NCBI GenBank assembly: GCA_035760455.1
Contig: DASTSX010000073.1
Location: forward strand, 1-57,942
DNA from: Gemmatimonadaceae bacterium
GTDB lineage: Bacteria; Gemmatimonadota; Gemmatimonadetes; Gemmatimonadales; Gemmatimonadaceae
Length of the DNA: 57,942 bases
Reading direction: 5' to 3'
The position numbers and the translations under genes were made by a program. The notes beneath the pieces were generated by a model. The model saw nothing but the letters and a program-made list of their open reading frames with translations, ran no database searches and was not told the origin of the DNA. How positions within the stretch are numbered: position 1 is the first letter of the stretch; every line of letters begins with the position of its first letter. Positions 20,340-28,781 of this stretch are shown piece by piece.

Positions 20340-20995
20340 CGCCGCCCGACACGCCGATGCCGCTGGGGGCCGCGCTGGCGGGGATCCCGTCGGGTATTCG
20401 CGCGACCGGGCCGTGGGCCGGACGACGGCAGCTGTTCGTGCGCTTTGCAGGGATCGCCGAGACGGCGACGATGTACACGGCCGATGCGCTGCGCACCGAG
20501 GTGGCCCGCCTCGTCCAGCGCTCGGTGTATCACTCGATCTCCATCTCGGGCGGAGATCCGCTGGGCGAGGCGGGTTTCCTGGCCACGGCGTTCGAGGGGG
20601 GCGCGCCACTCGGCGTCATGCTCGACCACGATGGCCAGCGTCCCGAGGCACTCGACCGCGTGATCGGCTGCCTCGCCCTGGTGCAGGTGACGTTGTCGGG
20701 CACGGAGGACGATGCCGCATTGGCCCGTGCCATGGCGACGATACGCCACGCCGCGCAGAAACACGTGGCGCATGCGCTCGCGCTCGTGCCGGAAGCGGAC
20801 CCGAGTGACGGCCGACTTCTGAGGATCGTCGAGCAAGCGAAGACGGCGAGCACCGAAACGTCGATCGTCGTGCACCCGACGATCGAAAGCCTGAGCGGCG
20901 ATCGCCGCTGGCTGACGTGGCTCGAGCGCGCATCGGCCGTGCACGCCGACGTGCGATTGCTGCCGCGTCTGCCCGAGCCGACCGGCATGTGGTGA
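20336..20995 (+). CDS. QueE-like (7-carboxy-7-deazaguanine synthase family) protein lacking the radical-SAM cysteine triad
   Basis: ATG 20336 overlaps the ddl TGA (ATGA). LFVRFAGIAETATMYTAD aligns by eye to QueE FVRxAGCxxxCxxCD with all three Cys replaced. ISISGGDPL and the C-terminal VRLLPRLP resemble the QueE segments ISGGNP and VRVLPQLH. Confidence 0.6.
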   Translation: MTPPDTPMPLGAALAGIPSGIRATGPWAGRRQLFVRFAGIAETATMYTADALRTEVARLVQRSVYHSISISGGDPLGEAGFLATAFEGGAPLGVMLDHDGQRPEALDRVIGCLALVQVTLSGTEDDAALARAMATIRHAAQKHVAHALALVPEADPSDGRLLRIVEQAKTASTETSIVVHPTIESLSGDRRWLTWLERASAVHADVRLLPRLPEPTGMW

Positions 20996-21112
20996 GGACG
21001 AGGTCGTACTGCCGGAACCCGCAACACCGCCGGCGGTTAGTACGTTGATAGAACAGGGTGGCCACCGCGACACGCGTCGCCCGACACGCAGCATCTCGAG
21101 CAGGTCCGTCCG

Positions 21113-22063
21113 ATGGCGACTCCGACTCCATTCGAACCGCACGACCGACTGCGCCTGACGCGGTCAGTGCAGGCATTGCTCGCGATCAACGTCGTGATGC
21201 TGTTCCTGCAGTGGACCGTCGTGAGCGACGCCGACGCGTTCGCGGTGCTGGGGTTCCAGGCGGGCAGCCTGCAGCGGACCCTGTGGAGCGCGCTGACGTA
21301 CATGTTCGTGCACTACAGCGTGTGGCATCTCGCGCTGAACATGTACGTGCTGCTTGCGTTCGGCCCGCGCCTCGAGGCGACGATGGGGACGCGCGCCTTC
21401 ACGCTCTACTATCTGTGGTGTGGGCTGGGAGGCGCGGTGGCGCACATGCTGTTCGTGCGCACGGGACTGCTGGTCGGCGCCTCGGCGGGCGTGCTCGGCG
21501 TGATGTTCGCCTACTGGCAGCAGTGGCCCGAGGAGGAGCTGTCGCTGTTCGGCGTGATCCCGATGCGCCCGTGGACGGTGCTGATGCTTCTGAGCGGCGC
21601 GATCCTCGTGTCGGGCGCGCTCGGCGCCGGTGCGCCGATCGCGGGCGGCGAGCGGATCGCCTACCTGGCGCACGTGGGCGGGATCGCGTTCGCGTGGCTG
21701 TACATGCGCACGCCGCCGGCAGCGAGCATCGAGCGGTTCCGGCAGCGCATCTCGCCGGCGCCGGACTACCCGCAGGACGAGACGCCGCGCGCCATTCCGC
21801 GGACGCTGCCGCGCACACGTACGAGCACACAGCGCGACGACGTGGACGAGATCGTGGCGAAGAGCAAGGCAGTGGCCGCGCAGCAGCCGCGGCCGATGAC
21901 GCGGGCGATCGTGGCGCCTGCGGCGCCGCGCGAGGAACGCGTCGCCGAGCTCGACCGCGTCCTCGACAAGATCTCGCTCGAGGGATTCGAGAGCCTGACG
22001 CCAGCCGAGCGCGCGGTGCTTGACGACATGGCCAAGCGCCTGCGCGGCGACGAGGGGCCCTAA
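21113..22063 (+). CDS. Rhomboid family intramembrane serine protease with C-terminal extension
   Basis: Multiple TM helices. It has the catalytic-type motifs GASAG (Ser) and AHVGG (His), plus the HxxxN-like element WHLALNMY. Confidence 0.85.
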   Translation: MATPTPFEPHDRLRLTRSVQALLAINVVMLFLQWTVVSDADAFAVLGFQAGSLQRTLWSALTYMFVHYSVWHLALNMYVLLAFGPRLEATMGTRAFTLYYLWCGLGGAVAHMLFVRTGLLVGASAGVLGVMFAYWQQWPEEELSLFGVIPMRPWTVLMLLSGAILVSGALGAGAPIAGGERIAYLAHVGGIAFAWLYMRTPPAASIERFRQRISPAPDYPQDETPRAIPRTLPRTRTSTQRDDVDEIVAKSKAVAAQQPRPMTRAIVAPAAPREERVAELDRVLDKISLEGFESLTPAERAVLDDMAKRLRGDEGP

Positions 22064-22070
22064 AGAAAGA

Positions 22071-22093
22071 GCCCCCCGGACTTGCCGGGGGGC
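22071..22093 (+). terminator. Terminator-like GC hairpin after the rhomboid gene
   Basis: gccccccgg (22071-22079) pairs with ccggggggc (22085-22093), giving a 9-bp stem and 5-nt loop. It begins 8 nt after the TAA stop. No T-tract follows. Confidence 0.45.
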
Positions 22094-22204
22094 AGTACCG
22101 CCAGGCCGTTCTCCCGGCGGCAACGGCCGGCCCAGAGGGGACCGGCACGCCACAACATATGGTTGACGCCCCCCGCGGCGCTAGAGTCACGAGGTGGCAT
22201 CGAG

Positions 22205-22297
22205 CAGTGAGCTATGAGCAGTGAGTGATGAGGACGGCCTCGGGAAGCTCCTGCGTCCGGAGGTCGTCGCTGTTAGCTCATCGCTCAAAGCTCACTG
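22205..22297 (+). promoter_or_regulatory. Long imperfect hairpin built from RTGAGNN heptamer repeats in the queF leader
   Basis: The left arm is gtgagct atgagca gtgagtg atgagga (period 7, 22207-22234). The right arm is agctcat cgctcaa agctcac (22275-22295). The outer 9 bp, cagtgagct/agctcactg, pair perfectly. The element ends 48 nt before the queF ATG. Confidence 0.35.
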
Positions 22298-22344
22298 TTC
22301 GGCTCCCCTTTCTCTTCCTCGACCCATCCGGCGATCTTCCACGC

Positions 22345-22746
22345 ATGCCGAGACCCGAGCTGCTGGAGACGTTCGCGAACCCGTATCCGGGGCGTACGTA
22401 CGAGATCGCCATGGAATGCCCGGAGTTCACCTCGCTCTGTCCGCTCGGCGGGATCGAGTCGGACGCGGTGGAGCTGCGGCAGCTCGAGGGAGGCGCCCCC
22501 GATTTCGCGACGATGTACATCACGTACGTGCCGGGCGAACTCTGTGTCGAGCTCAAGAGCCTCAAGCTCTATTTGTGGAGCTTCCGGAACGACGGGATCT
22601 TCTACGAGCGGGCGGTCAACCGGATCCTCGACGATCTCGTGGCGGCGGTGAAGCCCACGTGGATGGAAGTGGTCGGGGACTTCAACATCCGGGGTGGGAT
22701 CAAGAGCGTGATCACCGCCCGGGTCGGCAGCCGGACACCAGAGTGA
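22345..22746 (+). CDS. queF: NADPH-dependent 7-cyano-7-deazaguanine (preQ0) reductase, unimodular type
   Basis: 133 aa from ATG 22345. It has the catalytic Cys context FTSLCPL and the QueF motif ELKSLKLYLWSFR. The track ORF from 22225 is over-extended. Confidence 0.9.
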   Translation: MPRPELLETFANPYPGRTYEIAMECPEFTSLCPLGGIESDAVELRQLEGGAPDFATMYITYVPGELCVELKSLKLYLWSFRNDGIFYERAVNRILDDLVAAVKPTWMEVVGDFNIRGGIKSVITARVGSRTPE

Positions 22747-22922
22747 CGACCTGAGCCCGCGAGGGGGTCGTCCCCGTATTGCTCCGCACCCCCTCGCCCG
22801 AGTCCGCACCCGTCGCGCCGCGTCGCGTGTGTGACCGATCAGTGACGGGTCTTCCCTTGCTGGACCTCCTCGTGGCGGCCTAGCTTTGACGACCCTCCTC
22901 TTCCTCCTCGAGAGAGCTTTTC

Positions 22923-25900
22923 ATGATGCGTAAACGTCCGTTCATCGGCGTCCTTGCAGTTATTGCAGTTCTAAGCTTTTCTGCCCAACCCGCCAGCGCT
23001 CAGGGCGTGACGACGGGCGGTATCACCGGGAACGTCAGCGATGAGAATGGGCAGCCGGTCGAGGGCGCCCAGGTCCAGCTGCGGAACACCCAGACCGGCT
23101 ACAACGTCGGCACCGTCACGCGGGCGACCGGCCAATACACCATCCAGGGGGTGCTCCCGAACCCCAACTACGAGATCATGGTCCGGCGCATCGGGTTCGC
23201 GCCGCTGCGGCGGCAGGGCCTCACGATCGCCCTCGGCCAGATCCGCCGTGAGGATTTCCGGCTGACGCGCGAGGCCACCACGCTGACGGCCGTGGATGTC
23301 GTGGCGACCGCGGACGCGGTGATCAACGCGTCCAAGACGGGGGCGAGCACGACGATCTCGGACTCGGCCCTGACGCGACTGCCGACGCTCAACCGTAATT
23401 TCTCGGACTTCGTCTCGCTCGTGCCGCAGGTGGCCACGACGACGGGGTACTTGTCGGGCGGCGGCGTCAACCTGCGCCAGAACTCGATCCAGATCGACGG
23501 TGCGCAGTCGGGCGATCTGTTCGGCATCGGAACGACCGGGCAACCGGGAGCGAGCGCGAATGCGAAGTCGATCCCGCTCGACGCGGTGAAGGAGTATCAG
23601 GTGCTGCTGTCGCCGTTCGACGTGCGCCAGGGGAGCTTCGGCGGTCTGCTCATCAACGCGGTGACGAAGAGCGGCACGAACGAGTTCCACGGCGGCGGGT
23701 TCTTCTACACCCGCAACCAGTCGCTGACGCGCAAGCAGCCGTATCTGCAGGACTACAAGCAGTCGCAGTTCGGCGGTAGCCTGGGTGGCCCGATCCTCAA
23801 GGACCGGCTGTTCTTCTTCGCGACCGGTGAGTTCCAGCAGCGCCGGCTCCCAGCGACAGGGCCCTTCATCGGCTCGCAGGACGCGCCACTCGCGCAGAGC
23901 TCGATCGACCAGCTGAACCAGATCCTCTCGACCAAGTACAACTTCACGGAGGGAGGAACGGGCGAGCAAGTTCAGCGCGACAATCCGCTGCGGAACATCT
24001 TCGGCCGCGTCGACGCCTACCTGCCGCTGAACACACGCCTGGTGCTGCGCCACAACTACGCGTACGCCGACAACATCACGTTCAGCCGCGGCGCGGCGAC
24101 CTCGGCGACGCCCGAGTTCAAACTGACGTCGAACAGCTACAAGTTCAGCAGCGAGACGAACAGCTCGGTGGCGGAGTTCATCACGAACCTGTCGAACGGG
24201 CTCTACAACGAGCTGCTGATCAACAACTCGACGACCAACGACTTCCGCACGGTGCCGGTGAAGTTTCCGCAGCTGACGATCCGCGGCGTCCCGCGCTCGG
24301 ATGGGGCAGCGGGCTCGGTCAACCTGGTGGTAGGGACGGACGGCCCCTCGCAGGGGAACTCACTCGATCAGCACACGGTCGAGATCACGGACAACTTCAC
24401 GATCCCGATCGGCTCCCACGCGATCACGCTCGGGACGAAGAACGTGTTCTACAGCGCGGTGAACCTGTTCGCGTCCAACGCCTATGGCGTGTGGGAGTTC
24501 GCGAACCTCGACGCGCTCAACAACGGGGTCGCGAACCGCTACGCGATCGCGACACCTGCGCCGACGGACCCCAATCAGGGGCTCGCCCGGATCAAGGCGC
24601 GCAGCAACAGCTTCTACGTGCAGGACGCGTGGGCGGTCACGCCGCAGCTCTCGGTGACGGCGGGCGTGCGGTGGGACAAGCCGACGTTCAAGAACTTCCC
24701 GCCGCTGAACCAGACGGTGCTCACCGAGTACGGCCGCGCAACGAACGTGCTGCCGCAGAACGCGCAGATCTCGCCGCGCCTCGGCTTCAACTGGGACGTG
24801 ACGGGGGACCAGGTCAATCAGGTGCGCGGCGGCATCGGATCGTTCACCGGTCCGCCACCGTTCGTGTACCTCTCGAACGCGTTCGGCAACTCGGGGCTGA
24901 GCGGGTTCACGACGCTGACGTGTGACGGCAACACCGCGGGCACGACGTCGCGCGCGGTGCCGGCGTTCAACCAGCAGAACATCGCCACGCCGCCCACGGC
25001 CTGCGCCCCGGCGACGGTCGCGGGCGTGACGAAGCCGGGGCTCACCGGCGCGCTCGGCGCGCGCATCAACACGATCGACCCGGACTTCAAGTTCCCCAAG
25101 TACCTCAAGGCCTCGCTGGGCTTCGATCACCGATTCTCGAGCGGGCTGCTCGAGGGCGTGACCGGCACGGTTGAGGGACTCTACACGCGCTCCCAGCAGA
25201 ACGTGTTCTACCAGAACCTGGCGCTCGTCGGCCCACAGGGCACGGATTCGCGCGGCCGGGTGATCTACGGGATCTTCGGCACCGGCAACCCCACGTCGTC
25301 CGCCGCAACCCCGACCACGAAGGGGAGTCGCACCGAGGTGCTCGACGCGACCAACTCGTCGGGGGACTACACGTGGAGCACGACGTTCCAGCTCCACAAG
25401 TCGTTCACGACGAACTACGAGGGCTCCGTCGCCTACACGTACCAGCAGGCGCGCGACGTGACGTCGACGACGAGCAGCACGGCGAACTCGAACTACCGCT
25501 ACCAGCGCAGCACGAGCGGCCGGCTCGACGACCGCTCGGTCTCGCGGTCGAAGTACGACCAGCCGCACCGCATCGTGGCGACGGGCACGTACCGGTTCCC
25601 GACGCTCACCGACGTGTCGTTCATCTATACGGGCAACTCGGGCGCGCCGATCGATTTCGTGTACGGCACGACGGGGGGCACGACCGGCGACGCGAACGCC
25701 GACGGTCAGACGCAGAACGATCTGATGTACGTGCCGCGCAGCGCGACCGACCCGACCGAGATCCTGTTCACGGGCTACAGCGGCACGGCGGCGCAGCAGG
25801 CCGCGGCCGCGGCGCAGGCGCAGGCGTTCGAGACCTTCATCTCCAACACGCCCTGCCTCAACTCGCAGCGCGGCCGGATCATGGAGCGCAACTCCTGCCG

Positions 25901-26237
25901 CAACCCATGGATCAACCAGGTCGACGTGTCGTTGGCCCAGTCGCTGCGCGCGCTACGGTATCAGAACCTCCAGGTCCGCCTCGACATCATCAACTTCGGC
26001 AACCTCCTGAACAAGAATTGGGGCAAGACGTCGTACTCGGACCAGAACGCGACCTGCGGCCAGATCTGCAGTGCGACGGTCGCGCTGACGCAGACGGGCA
26101 ACAAACTTCCCGGGACACTGACGGCGAGCCAGGAGGTCATTGGCGTGTACACCTTCGATCAGAAGTACAAGCTGTTCACCTCGGATTTCGCCGGGTCGAA
26201 CTATCAGATGCAGCTGTCGCTACGGTACAGCTTCTGA
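22923..26237 (+). CDS. TonB-dependent outer-membrane receptor with N-terminal CarboxypepD_reg-like domain
   Basis: 1104 aa. The signal peptide ends AQPASAQG. GITGNVSDENGQPVEGAQVQLRN...YTIQGVLPNPNYEIMVRRIGF is the carboxypeptidase-regulatory-like fold. Plug and barrel regions follow. The terminus LSLRYSF ends in an aromatic residue. Confidence 0.9.
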   Translation: MMRKRPFIGVLAVIAVLSFSAQPASAQGVTTGGITGNVSDENGQPVEGAQVQLRNTQTGYNVGTVTRATGQYTIQGVLPNPNYEIMVRRIGFAPLRRQGLTIALGQIRREDFRLTREATTLTAVDVVATADAVINASKTGASTTISDSALTRLPTLNRNFSDFVSLVPQVATTTGYLSGGGVNLRQNSIQIDGAQSGDLFGIGTTGQPGASANAKSIPLDAVKEYQVLLSPFDVRQGSFGGLLINAVTKSGTNEFHGGGFFYTRNQSLTRKQPYLQDYKQSQFGGSLGGPILKDRLFFFATGEFQQRRLPATGPFIGSQDAPLAQSSIDQLNQILSTKYNFTEGGTGEQVQRDNPLRNIFGRVDAYLPLNTRLVLRHNYAYADNITFSRGAATSATPEFKLTSNSYKFSSETNSSVAEFITNLSNGLYNELLINNSTTNDFRTVPVKFPQLTIRGVPRSDGAAGSVNLVVGTDGPSQGNSLDQHTVEITDNFTIPIGSHAITLGTKNVFYSAVNLFASNAYGVWEFANLDALNNGVANRYAIATPAPTDPNQGLARIKARSNSFYVQDAWAVTPQLSVTAGVRWDKPTFKNFPPLNQTVLTEYGRATNVLPQNAQISPRLGFNWDVTGDQVNQVRGGIGSFTGPPPFVYLSNAFGNSGLSGFTTLTCDGNTAGTTSRAVPAFNQQNIATPPTACAPATVAGVTKPGLTGALGARINTIDPDFKFPKYLKASLGFDHRFSSGLLEGVTGTVEGLYTRSQQNVFYQNLALVGPQGTDSRGRVIYGIFGTGNPTSSAATPTTKGSRTEVLDATNSSGDYTWSTTFQLHKSFTTNYEGSVAYTYQQARDVTSTTSSTANSNYRYQRSTSGRLDDRSVSRSKYDQPHRIVATGTYRFPTLTDVSFIYTGNSGAPIDFVYGTTGGTTGDANADGQTQNDLMYVPRSATDPTEILFTGYSGTAAQQAAAAAQAQAFETFISNTPCLNSQRGRIMERNSCRNPWINQVDVSLAQSLRALRYQNLQVRLDIINFGNLLNKNWGKTSYSDQNATCGQICSATVALTQTGNKLPGTLTASQEVIGVYTFDQKYKLFTSDFAGSNYQMQLSLRYSF

Positions 26238-26254
26238 GTGGTTCGCTGGTGTGA

Positions 26255-26286
26255 CGAAGGGCCCGGGGCGACTCCCGGGCCCTTCG
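26255..26286 (+). terminator. Terminator-like hairpin after the TonB-dependent receptor
   Basis: Perfect 13-bp stem: cgaagggcccggg (26255-26267) pairs with cccgggcccttcg (26274-26286), with a 6-nt loop. It lies 18 nt after the stop. Confidence 0.6.
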
Positions 26287-26301
26287 CCGTTTCGGCCGGG
26301 T

Positions 26302-26345
26302 GGTCCCACGTCGGGTCCCACGTCGGGTCCCACGTCGGGTCCCAC
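26302..26345. repeat. 12-bp perfect tandem repeat, 3.7 copies (GGTCCCACGTCG)
   Basis: The unit ggtcccacgtcg occurs at 26302, 26314 and 26326, followed by a partial ggtcccac. The location is intergenic. Confidence 0.9.
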
Positions 26346-26379
26346 CGCTGGCGCGAGTGAGCGCGCCGGCCCGCGGCCC

Positions 26380-26408
26380 TTGACGGATTCCCGGGCCCGG
26401 CATACACT
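26380..26408 (+). promoter_or_regulatory. Candidate sigma-70-type promoter (TTGACG-17 nt-TACACT)
   Basis: -35 TTGACG at 26380-26385, a 17-nt spacer, and -10 TACACT at 26403-26408. It faces the sulfurtransferase operon about 440 nt downstream. Confidence 0.4.
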
Positions 26409-26482
26409 CAGAAGACAATCGAAACTCGTGGTGATTTGCCGCCTCTTGCCGCCACGTTAAACAAAGAGCTAAAAAGCGACTC

Positions 26483-26512
26483 GCCTGGCGGCGCTGCACG
26501 CCCGGCTTTTTT
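26483..26512 (+). terminator. Intrinsic-terminator-like hairpin plus T6 (leader terminator 1, or end of a roughly 95-nt sRNA)
   Basis: gcctggcg (26483-26490) pairs with cgcccggc (26499-26506), with 7 of 8 pairs and an 8-nt loop. TTTTTT follows at 26507-26512. An A5 run lies upstream. Confidence 0.5.
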
Positions 26513-26768
26513 GTTATCCACCATTTCCACTCGCGCTCGCATCTCCGATGCTCGGTGCCTCACCCTCCAGCACGACCCGCTGCCGCGCCCGCATGGGTAC
26601 GCGCGCGGGCGTACCCGGCGGGAAGCGAATCGGGGGGCTAGCCACCGGATGCATGCGCATGTGCATGTGCATCGGCCGGATCCAGGGCTGTCGTCCTGGA
26701 ACGGCGGCGCGGCCGGGCAGCGAGCAGCGGGACTGACCACAGACCACTCGCAGACCCACGGGACCACC

Positions 26769-26798
26769 CGGCCGCTCAGTTCGAGGCGGCCGTTTTTT
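26769..26798 (+). terminator. Intrinsic-terminator-like hairpin plus T6 (leader terminator 2, candidate attenuator)
   Basis: cggccgc (26769-26775) pairs with gcggccg (26786-26792). TTTTTT follows at 26793-26798. It lies 58 nt upstream of the sulfurtransferase ATG. Confidence 0.55.
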
Positions 26799-26855
26799 AC
26801 AGCAGCCTCGACGAGCAGCGATCACCGCTCGACGACCCTCCACCGAGGCATCACC

Positions 26856-27740
26856 ATGAGCACGACCACCGCACCCAACTCCCCGACCGCCGCCGAGAAG
26901 GGCTACGTGAAGCCCGATGTGCTGGTCACCACCGAATGGGTGGCGCAGCACCTGAACGACCCGAAGGTGCGCATCCTCGAGAGCAACGAAGACGTGCTGC
27001 TCTACGACCTCGGGCACATCCCGGGGGCGCAGAAGATCGATTGGCACCAGGACCTGAACGATCCGGTCGTCCGCGACTACGTGTCGAAGGAGCAGTTCCA
27101 GGCGCTGTTGCGCCGGCTCGGCATCGACGACTCGACGACGGTGGTGTTCTACGGCGACAAGAACAACTGGTGGGCCGCGTACGCGTTCTGGGTGTTCCAG
27201 CTGTTCGGCTTCACGAATGCGAAGATCATCGATGGCGGGCGCGCGAAGTGGGAGTCCGAGGGCCGGGAGCTCTCGACCGACGTGCCGACGTACGCCGCGA
27301 CGCAGTACGTGGCCAAGGAGCGCGACGACTCGAAGATCCGCGCCTTCAAGGACGATGCGCTCGCGCACAGCACGGCGAAGAAGCCGCTGATCGACGTACG
27401 CTCGCCCGACGAGTTCAGCGGCAAGAAGACGCACATGCCGGAGTACCCGCAGGAGGGCGTGCTGCGCGGCGGACACATCCCGGGGGCGAAGAGCGTTCCG
27501 TGGGCGCGTGCGGCGAATCCCGACGGCACGTTCAAGACGGCCGACGAGCTGCGCGCGATCTATGAAGGTGAGGCGGGGCTGAAGAAGGGCGACGACGTGG
27601 TGGCCTACTGCCGCATCGGCGAGCGGTCGAGCCACACGTGGTTCGTGCTCACTTACCTGCTCGGCTACGACAAGGTGCGCAACTACGACGGCAGCTGGAC
27701 GGAGTGGGGCAACTCGGTCCGGCTCCCGGTCGAGAAGTAG
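26856..27740 (+). CDS. Tandem-rhodanese thiosulfate/3-mercaptopyruvate sulfurtransferase
   Basis: 294 aa from ATG 26856. It has two rhodanese modules and the active-site loop YCRIGERSS. The track ORF from 26436 is over-extended across the leader. Confidence 0.85.
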   Translation: MSTTTAPNSPTAAEKGYVKPDVLVTTEWVAQHLNDPKVRILESNEDVLLYDLGHIPGAQKIDWHQDLNDPVVRDYVSKEQFQALLRRLGIDDSTTVVFYGDKNNWWAAYAFWVFQLFGFTNAKIIDGGRAKWESEGRELSTDVPTYAATQYVAKERDDSKIRAFKDDALAHSTAKKPLIDVRSPDEFSGKKTHMPEYPQEGVLRGGHIPGAKSVPWARAANPDGTFKTADELRAIYEGEAGLKKGDDVVAYCRIGERSSHTWFVLTYLLGYDKVRNYDGSWTEWGNSVRLPVEK

Positions 27741-27821
27741 GCCGGTGATGCCGCTCCGGTCCTCGGGTCTGCGCATCGCTGTGCGCTGTCCGCGCGCCAC
27801 CTCCCTCCGGGGGTGGCGCGC

Positions 27822-28781
27822 ATGAGACGGCGTGCGGTGGTGCGCGTGCCGGGATCGACGGCGAACCTCGGCGCGGGCTTCGACAGCGTCGGCGCCGCGG
27901 TGGACCGGTGCCTGACGGCGTCGGTGGTGGCGCAGCCGGAGCCCGACGCGACGACGGTGATCCAGCGAGGCGGCGCGCTCGCGCGCCTCGACGTGGCGGC
28001 GGAGCAGGACTGGCTGCTGGTGGGACTGCGCGCGGCGTGCAAGGCGGCGGGGCGCGAAGCCCCGCGCGCGCTGCGCGTTCGCGTGAGCTCGAACATTCCG
28101 GTCGCCCGCGGGCTCGGCTCGTCGGCCGCCGCGGTCGTGGCCGGTGCCGTGGCGGCCACGGGGATCTGCGGCTTCTCGCTCACCGACGCGCAGCTGCTCG
28201 AGGTGTGCGCCGCGGTCGAGGGGCACGCGGACAACGTCGCGGCGGCGATTCACGGTGGATTCGTGTTGGTGGTTCCAGGCACCCCGGCACGCGTCGTTCC
28301 GCTCACGGTGGCGCGGGGGCTCACGCTGGTGTTCGCGGTCCCGGATTTCGAGGTGACGACGCGCGATGCCCGCGCCGTGCTGCCGCGCGAGTTGCCGCAC
28401 CGCACGGCCGCCCGCGCCGCGGCGCTGGGTGCGGCGCTCGTCCACGGGCTCGCGACCGGCGACGGGGACACGCTCCGCGCCGCGCTCGACGACGTGCTGC
28501 ACGTGCCGTATCGGCGCTCGCTGATGCTGGGCTACGACGAGGTGTGCGGTGCGGCCGTCGCCGCCGGGGCGCTCGGCGCGACGCTGAGCGGTTCGGGCTC
28601 GACGCTCTGCGCCGTCGTGCCGGAGCGTCAGGCTCCCGCGGTCGCCGAGGCGATGCGCACGGCCTGGCGGCAGCACGACGTGCAGGCGGAAGTCTTCGCG
28701 AACCCGGCGCACGTGGAAGGGCGCAGCCTCGTGGTGCATCTCGACTGCGAGGACGCGCCGGCAACGGCCGCGGCGAGCTGA
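27822..28781 (+). CDS. thrB: Homoserine kinase (GHMP family)
   Basis: VRVPGSTANLGAGFDS and the GHMP motif PVARGLGSSAAAVVAG are present. ATG 27822 was chosen; an in-frame GTG at 27813 is also possible. Confidence 0.85.
   Translation: MRRRAVVRVPGSTANLGAGFDSVGAAVDRCLTASVVAQPEPDATTVIQRGGALARLDVAAEQDWLLVGLRAACKAAGREAPRALRVRVSSNIPVARGLGSSAAAVVAGAVAATGICGFSLTDAQLLEVCAAVEGHADNVAAAIHGGFVLVVPGTPARVVPLTVARGLTLVFAVPDFEVTTRDARAVLPRELPHRTAARAAALGAALVHGLATGDGDTLRAALDDVLHVPYRRSLMLGYDEVCGAAVAAGALGATLSGSGSTLCAVVPERQAPAVAEAMRTAWRQHDVQAEVFANPAHVEGRSLVVHLDCEDAPATAAAS

Noticed and set aside
21058-22023. 321-aa ORF overlapping the rhomboid gene in another frame.
   Set aside because: The translation is Arg/Ala/Gly-rich shadow sequence. 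The frame at 21113..22063 has TM helices and the rhomboid catalytic motifs.
22163-22187. Promoter TTGACG ... TAGAGT upstream of queF.
   Set aside because: The spacer is only 13 nt, which is too short for a sigma-70-type promoter.
22094-22344. preQ1 riboswitch upstream of queF.
   Set aside because: I could not find the small hairpin plus A-rich tail characteristic of preQ1-I, or the features I recall for preQ1-II/III. Only the heptamer hairpin is present. It is reported as unknown rather than as a riboswitch.
26513-26855. SAM (S-box, SAM-II, SAM-IV) or SAH riboswitch in the sulfur-operon leader.
   Set aside because: None of the conserved core strings that I remember are present, such as the GAGGGA...GCAACC-type S-box core or the SAH AGGCUC/GCGCUCAC elements. 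An Rfam scan is needed. I therefore left it as an unclassified structured leader.
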